Origin: Atractiella rhizophila
Lineage: Eukaryota
NCBI GenBank assembly: GCA_021432655.1
Contig: MU271293.1
Location: 1-64,000, forward strand
Direction: 5' to 3'
DNA: 64,000 nucleotides
Each line of letters opens with the position of its first letter. Position 1 is the stretch's first letter. Positions 57,159 to 64,000 of this stretch are shown here, one piece after another. Under the pieces are notes generated by a model. It searched no databases, was not told the origin of the DNA, and saw only the letters and a program-made list of their open reading frames with translations. A program made the position numbers and the translations under genes.

Positions 57159-59949
57159 CTATGGTAGAATCTCATCGACCTTGCTAGCGCTGATCGAGAA
57201 GCCAGGACAGACCCACTATCCAAAGAGGTCAATCTCCCAAGTGGTGGGATTCAGGGAAGAGAGAACTCACGCTGCCACAGGAGCACTGAATTCCAGCCCA
57301 GTCGTAGTTTCCCAGCTTAGCGCCACACCTCTCGTTAGGACAAGAGAGCTTCCCACTCATCTTCCCCTCCTTTAACTCAGGATCCATCCAACTGAGAGGC
57401 TCCACGAAATATGCCGTACACTTCGTCGTCGGGAGAAGTGGTGGCTCATCCTCACGCCTCTCCTTCTCCATCGACACGTCCGTACTTACAACCTCCTCCT
57501 CACTCTGCTCTTGCAAGTCTTCGAAGGCGGCAGGCATTGCAACTCGCAACCCTGAAGGAAGATGGTGAGGATTGAGCCCGTTTTTATGTGCTTGCGGCGC
57601 GAATTCCTCACTTGGAGTGATTGGGGAGTCGACGGGTGGAGTTGTAGCTTCGGTATTTGAGCGTGAAACCATAGCTGCGCCGGTCTCGCTCCCACTCGCG
57701 CTGCCTACGCTAGTGGTGGAGAGGGAACGAATGGTCGTTACCGAGGCGTCGGAGTTTATGGTCGGGAGAAAGGGACGGCGTGGTGGGATAAACTGTTGAA
57801 TGGGTGTGGTGGATCGGCTGCCGCTTCCACTTCTCTCTCTATCCATCTCTGCGCTTAATGAAAGAGGCGGAGATGTCGACATATCAATCGGTCTCTTCAT
57901 CTCCTTCTCCTTCTCCTTCTCGTCCTCCCTCTTCTTCCTTTCAATCTCCTCCCTCCACTTATTCATATCCCTCCTCCTTGGCGCAAAAGCATCCTGTCCC
58001 TGCCCTTCCTCATGTACCAACACATTTTCCCTCGCCGCCAACTCCCGCCTACATCGTTTACACCTGATCCTCCTCCCAGTCACCACGACCTTCTCCTCCT
58101 TCCCAATCGCAATGCTCTCCCTCTTCTTCTTCTCTTCCTTCTCCTTCTCCAACCGTTCGCGTTCCAGCCTCTCCTCCTCCTCCCGTCGCTGTCGCTCCCG
58201 CTCCTCTTGCCACGGCTTCAACTTTGTCTCTTTCTTCTTCGTCAGTCTCTCCCTCTTCGGAGGACCCATGGGCACGCTCGCCACGCTCGGCACAGGCACA
58301 TTCACCGCGTTGACCGGCGGACGAGAAAGGGCAGAGAGTCCCTCACTCGAGCTCGTCGACGGGCTCCTGCCCATCCTAGTCGACGTGGCGGACGGAGGAG
58401 GAGTGGGTAAAGGCGAGGCGGGGAGACCGTGAGGGAAGGGCGAGTGGAGTTCAGCGGTGCTCTGAACGCCGAGCAACTTCCTCACTCCACGGACCATGTC
58501 CAATTCGTTCGTCCCATCCTTCAGGTTCGAGCTCCTTCTGCTCATAGACCCCGTTCTGGATGCCGAGAGAGTGAGTGAGTTCGCGCGAGAGGGGGTTCGC
58601 GATCCGGTTCGTTGGGCGGTGATTGAGGTCATCTTCAGGCTATGAAACGGGTCGGCGATCGAGGTGGAAGATGGAGATGGAGTGACGGCTGGGGACGGGT
58701 AGAGAGAGGATACTGGGGATGGGTAGTATGCTAGTACAAGAGGTGAATCCGGGTTACCGCCACCTGTTCAGGAGCGAGATTTAATCCCCATCCACCGGCA
58801 ATGATACAATGAAGGAGCGAGGAATGGGACGAAGGGACGTACTTAGCCGAGATGAAACCATCTCATTCATCAGGAACCTCCTGTAGTCTGGGTACTTTGC
58901 TGGGTTCACTTCACAATTGCAAAGCTCATACATTTCGAGTTGGAGAAGGAAGAATTCGGAAGGTTGGACGATGGAACGGACTCGGGAGATGTATTCGACT
59001 GCGCCTGCAATGAGAGAAAGTTGTTAGGATTTTCCTTTCATCTCTGCGGCGGTGGATGAAGGCGAAGTAAGCGCAAGCACAATCAAAAAGGAATGAGAGG
59101 TGGATGCACCTCAGCCAGGCTAAAGCAACAATGTCTCTCATGCATAAAAGGATCAACAATGATGTCATGCAAACAAAATTACCATCGCTGTCACTGGAAG
59201 TACGAAAGGTTCCGAATGCCATCTCAGTTTCTCAGAACACGAGTAGTGAATCGGTGGGAACACATGACGCAATAGGGTAGGAGATGAAGCGGACGAGTGC
59301 ACCGTGCTTGTAGCTAAGTGCAGCAACGAAGTCTGTAAATGAGGATTGTAGACTAGGCATTCGCGAGTTCTCGACGGCTCATGGTCTAACAATACCGTAA
59401 CAAAGAGGAAAAGGGAAGAGACGTACTGTCTGCATTGATTCCCAGTTCCTTCATCAAAAACGCCGCCAATAGCGTCGTACTCCGACTGATACCAGCCTGA
59501 CAATGTACGAGCACTCTATTCCCCTCTTCCTTATCCCACTCCTCCATCAACTCTTCCTCCGTCTCCGTCCCCTCCTCAGCCTCCTCCATCGCCTCATCCA
59601 CCTCAATTTCCAGCTTTCCTCCCCCTCCACTCCTCTCCATCCCACGTCCATGTCCAAGCACAATAGCAGGATCGCTCCTATCGCCATCCTCTCCCCCATC
59701 CCTCTCCTTCCCCTCCTCCAAAGCGCTCTTGATGAACTCGCTCGTAACGTCGAACCACCTAAAAATATTCGTCCGACTCGTATCGTCCACCGGCACCTGA
59801 AACACCTTCACGTGAGGCAGAGGCGGCTCGTAGGATTGGCGCATGGCGCAGACGATGTGCGTGATCTTGTTCGTTTGCAGCGAGGTGACGTCCTGGGAGG
59901 ATTGGTAGTCCCCTATGTAGACGCGGGGGAGGACGCGCTGCATTGGCAT
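57159..59949 (-). CDS. YVH1: Dual-specificity phosphatase Yvh1/DUSP12-like with C-terminal zinc-binding domain
   Basis: VYIGD, PVDD, VLVHCQAGISRS catalytic loop; IRCKRCRRELA...YFVEPLSWM..GKLSCPNERCGAKLGNYDWAGIQCSCGS|WVCPGF..KVD. Confidence 0.92.
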
Positions 59950-60805
59950 CTTGCGTTGCTACTGTGTAGCTAAATAGTAGGCGGTACGCTGATGCTGGGG
60001 AAAGAAAGGTGAAGCTGTGAAAGAAAGTGAAGAGATGGTCGTCGAGCTGGGCTCGTGATCTTGAGAGATTGGGATTTCGCCGGACCGGTTCCCGGTCTCC
60101 GGTTTCCAGAGCAAGACACAAGATTAACTTCAAGCTTGCAAGACGTGATGGACTTGCCAACAGACTTTAGTAACACAGAGCATACACAGAGGGCCCATAG
60201 GATCTGCAGAGTTGTGGAGTGAAGTTTGAAGAAACAGAAGACTGAAGCCAAAGGGGTGGAGAAAAAGCTGTCAATCTTCGAATCCTTGGTCGCCTCTTGG
60301 AATTCTGTCCGACGCGACGAGACTGGCAAGGACCATGTTGTAGAATCCATTCTCTCTGCTTCAAGCCGCCTCAAAGACCTAGAATCTCCCGCGCGTCATG
60401 ACAAGTTTGGCCAATTGGCGGCAGTTTCATCTTTTGAGTTGAATTGACACGCCATAGTGCAGAATTTAGACGACTAATTTGTTCTGGGATTGTGCAGTTC
60501 GCAAAGCGAAGCTGATGCACCAGAGCGGTCGGAGTGTCATTCGCTACTCCCTTTCGATCACACAGGTGACCTGAGGCGGAATAGCTTGTCAAGCGAATGG
60601 TCTCCTAAACTCTTTCGACAGACTTTGTGACAGCAACAATATGTAAGTTATCGAATACAATGTAACACAAAAATGTAAGATGATTGTTTGATATTGAACA
60701 TTTCAAGCCGGAGGTTTACACTTGCTATGACAGATCGTAATTCAAAAATACCCAACGCCCACCCAAAAGTTTGAGACCATTTGAAGCACTAATCACCTCA
60801 AGATC

Positions 60806-62476
60806 TCAAGAGAAATCCATCTCTGGGTCCTCTCCGCCTTCGTATATCGTGAGCCGATCCATGAGAACTGGAAAGCCTCCCCAAGTGTTGATAACCTCTC
60901 CCTCTTCCCATTCATCAAAAAATAAGACCAAGACCATCCTGCTATCCCATTCTGTGAAGCGTGCCGTCCTGAAAAAGAGCGCACAAAACTCCCTGAAGTG
61001 AGAGAATCCAATGGAACAGTACTTGAGTGAAAGGTATTGCAGCTTTTCCGAATATCCTTGAAGCATGTGGGCGAAGAAGTCGTATGGAACGAGCAGCGAC
61101 GATTCATCGTAACCTTCAAGTATAAGATGGGTCAATTCTCGAAATTGCAAAATGGGCAATGGGGCAGAGAGCGTCAAAAGATGCTCGTTGTTTGACAGCT
61201 GATAAGGCAAACAATCAAGGCGAAGATGCCTGAGGTTAGCGAGCGATGGGAAACCACGGCTGAAGAGCTCTTCTTCCAAGCCATCGGGAAGGGGGAAGCT
61301 GCGTACGATCTCCAACATTTGAAGTTGGTTTTCCGTCAGCTGGGATGACATGGCCGAAATCTTGGCGAGAATGGATCCAAAGACCCTACATTTTGAGAAT
61401 GGTACATGGAAAAAGCTCAGGCGGTTGTAGGTACCAGGCGATCGTGTAAAGCCTTCATCTAAAGCTTCAGGAACGAGGACAGGGTCGTGAACTTGGAGGC
61501 TGCGAAGTGATGAATGGCTGTGTTCGATAAAAGTAAATATGTCTTTCGTTGTCCAAGGCGGAGCGAAAGCAATCGATTCTATCACAGAATGTCGAACCAA
61601 CTGATCAAGCAGTTTTTTACGCTCCACTGAATCTACGGGGCCAGCTTCTAAGGACACAGACGTAATGTGACGAGACGATAGTAATACTGGAAGGAGGTCA
61701 AGATCCCGTTTAACGTCCTCAGCTGTGTAACGAAAGGTTCGCCATAGACTTGATGACGATGGTTGAGAGTGTAGGAGGCGCAACTTCTCACCATTGTTGT
61801 TCGGTTCTGCTAAATAGTATGAGGCAACCTCATTTAACTTTCGGCAAACCTGCCTGATTGTAGGCGACCAGCCCTGGGATCGTCGAAACTCCGTCATGAT
61901 TTGATGCAGGATTTCGTCGGGAAGGCGATGGATGGCACCAGCTGCTGGTACGTGAGATAACTGGAAAATAATCGACCGAGCATAATATTGTCGGGTCCTG
62001 AATGGAAAGGGGCCCCAGACGATATCCGAAGATTGACGCGCTTCGAAAGCGATGGGATAGATAACGCGATCAAGAGAAATTTGGATAGAAAGTTCTTTCC
62101 AATAATCCGGAAGTTTCTCACTCGTAAAAGATATCTGACATTTTTGAGGAAGGAGTTCATCCACGTAAATAGTTAGTTCATCAGTTTCGCACAGTGGGAG
62201 CATCACAACCTGCTCGTCAAGCTCGTTGGTAGGTACTCGGCTCGACTTGATGGAGGATTCATGATAATAAACTCGAATAGCCTTGAATCCGCTTTCGACG
62301 ACAAAGCGGGGGGTAACAGCGAGCAACAAAGGGAACCTCGTCCTTGTGCGTTCGATGACGATTGGGGCGCAGTGAAAGTTGGAAAAGTAACCCATGCTGT
62401 TGGCCAAAACGTTTGCAGATTCTCGCAATGCTAAAAAGAATTTAATGAGAAGACGGGATATCAAATCAGAGCCCAT
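60806..62476 (-). CDS. F-box-like protein with C-terminal leucine-rich (RNI-like) repeats
   Basis: 556-codon uninterrupted ORF; IHRLPDEILHQIM...IRQVCRKLNEVA F-box-like motif; LRSLQV, LRHLRL, LTHLIL, LQYLSL repeats. True 5' end uncertain. Confidence 0.65.
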   Translation of the reverse strand: MGSDLISRLLIKFFLALRESANVLANSMGYFSNFHCAPIVIERTRTRFPLLLAVTPRFVVESGFKAIRVYYHESSIKSSRVPTNELDEQVVMLPLCETDELTIYVDELLPQKCQISFTSEKLPDYWKELSIQISLDRVIYPIAFEARQSSDIVWGPFPFRTRQYYARSIIFQLSHVPAAGAIHRLPDEILHQIMTEFRRSQGWSPTIRQVCRKLNEVASYYLAEPNNNGEKLRLLHSQPSSSSLWRTFRYTAEDVKRDLDLLPVLLSSRHITSVSLEAGPVDSVERKKLLDQLVRHSVIESIAFAPPWTTKDIFTFIEHSHSSLRSLQVHDPVLVPEALDEGFTRSPGTYNRLSFFHVPFSKCRVFGSILAKISAMSSQLTENQLQMLEIVRSFPLPDGLEEELFSRGFPSLANLRHLRLDCLPYQLSNNEHLLTLSAPLPILQFRELTHLILEGYDESSLLVPYDFFAHMLQGYSEKLQYLSLKYCSIGFSHFREFCALFFRTARFTEWDSRMVLVLFFDEWEEGEVINTWGGFPVLMDRLTIYEGGEDPEMDFS

Positions 62477-63581
62477 GTTAAGCAGGTGTGTTCACAACAC
62501 ACTCTTTGTCAAAGCTCACAAACCTGTCGAGTTAACTGAACCTACTCTAATCCGCTGCGTTTTCGTGAGGCTGCAAGCAGTATTGAAAGCAGAACAGATG
62601 TATCCATGTTGTCTTTTGTGGAATTTTTGGACACATAAACCAGTGGCTACGCTTGGCATGAAATGACCGAGCTTTGTCTGCCAATCTCCCAGAACTGCCT
62701 CCGCAACCAACCTAGATAAACCCTTCGCGCGCATCAGCAGCGCCAACTCAAGACAGCGCATCACATTAAGACACAGCGAAAGGGGTGACATTCTGCAGCA
62801 GCAACCTCGGGTATTTCTCACACAACTGTTAGAGAGTCGTAGGACTAGTGACACTAGTAGAACACTAAAGATAAAAGAACATGGCGGCAACAGCTAAACT
62901 CACCGGAAAGATCTCAGCCAGGGGCCAACAGCGGATGAGAGATTTTAACACATTGAACCAGAACGGGAAGGAGAGGACGGGAGGAAGAGAGGAGGTGGGG
63001 ATGTATATATGCTCGTTAGCGAGGTTGAAGCCTAGGCACGACTAACACTGGCTGTCACCCGGTTGTGACAAGGTAAGTTTGGCAAACAACAACATTACTG
63101 CACCACTAGAGCGTTACGACTGGGAGATGAATAGCGGCCACATCGGAGCCCGAAAGTCATGGGAGAAATGATCCTGTGAGCCTTGATGGGACTTGGGGAA
63201 TTATTGTTAAAGTTTCAGTCGCTCGGGGCTTATCTAGTCTGTCTTGTGGACATTCATGGGATACTCGAACATCCACAATCCGACTCTGCAACCAGGATGA
63301 AATCAGCTTCCATATGTTAAAACAAGCAGAGTTCTGTGTCCGTACTAGTGTTTTATGCATCAAGCCAGAGAAACTCGAGCTGCCAGAAATTTGACGAAGG
63401 ACTAACGAACGAATGTTCCAGCTCGTGTTATTCAATTTAGGTGATAATACAACATAAAGACTTCCAAATGACAGATTATGCTATGCAGGTATCGTGAACC
63501 AAAATATTTTGGGTTTAAAGAAAGAATTGGCGTGGATTTCTTCACAAAATCGAATTAGACGACCCAAAGGGAGGATTCAAA

Positions 63582-64000
63582 TTATTCGAAGGTGCCGCTG
63601 GCAGCCGACTTGATCGGCGGTCTGCTCAACACCAGTGTACTAACTGGAGGTCGTATGTCTTCATCCTTCTTCATTGACAGTTCGCTCCCCTTTCTCATAC
63701 CCATTATCCCTCCACCCAAGCTTTTTCTGGTCAAAGAGGTGGACGAGCTATTCTTCCTGTTCCTCGTCAACGTCGCACCACCATTGCTACTTTTAGTCTC
63801 GGGAATGATGACATTCGAGCTACTCCGACGCCCAGGCGCAGGTGTTGAACGTCCCTCGTTGAAGTTCAGATGAATGGGACTTCCATCCAGAGGGAACTGC
63901 GGCGGCAGCTTCGCTGCGCTGCTCGTCCTTTTCCTCAACTTATTCGGCATCCTCACGGTTCGCTTCTTCGTCTTCAACTCCAAGTCAGGCGTATCAGGCT
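63582..64000 (-). CDS. 3' end of an unidentified gene (Ser/Lys-rich low-complexity C-terminus), truncated by window edge
   Basis: Frame open from the window edge to the stop at 63582; composition looks coding; no recognisable domain. Confidence 0.5.
   Translation of the reverse strand, partial: PDTPDLELKTKKRTVRMPNKLRKRTSSAAKLPPQFPLDGSPIHLNFNEGRSTPAPGRRSSSNVIIPETKSSNGGATLTRNRKNSSSTSLTRKSLGGGIMGMRKGSELSMKKDEDIRPPVSTLVLSRPPIKSAASGTFE

Noticed and set aside
57800..58432. Long antisense ORFs opposite YVH1 (and similar ones opposite SQS1, Ppc89-like and GT77-like genes)
   Set aside because: Shadow frames of low-complexity coding sequence with no independent motifs.

Overview
Eukaryotic, intron-rich fungal DNA. 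Basidiomycete-like is an inference from the gene set, the short GT-AG introns and a class III chitin synthase. No tRNA/rRNA, CRISPR array or recognisable intact transposon was seen. By splicing exons by hand I can support about 22 protein-coding genes: a pepsin-like protease (partial), an ERGIC-53/Emp47-like L-type lectin, AIM41/YqeY, a secreted lactonase-fold propeller, DAD4, SQS1, a Ppc89/Cep57-like SPB protein, a multi-TM + GT77-like protein, a tetraspanin-like protein, Rheb, a vWA protein, a small membrane protein, chitin synthase, two Zn(II)2Cys6 proteins, five arrestin-fold paralogues, YVH1, an F-box-like protein and a partial gene at the right edge. Main observations: (1) two diverged, otherwise intact arrestin-fold paralogues (28934+ and 48856-) both have an in-frame stop at exactly codon 24 (TAA and TGA) with homology on both sides, suggesting a maintained recoding/regulatory mechanism; (2) one ~850-aa spliced ORF joins four Zn2Cys6 clusters to a C-terminal Hsp20/alpha-crystallin-like domain; (3) an apparently obligatory 2-nt microexon; (4) Rheb has His at the conserved DTAGQ glutamine; (5) several unusually long introns. 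Two ~1.9-kb tandem duplications joined by A-only spacers are most likely assembly artefacts.
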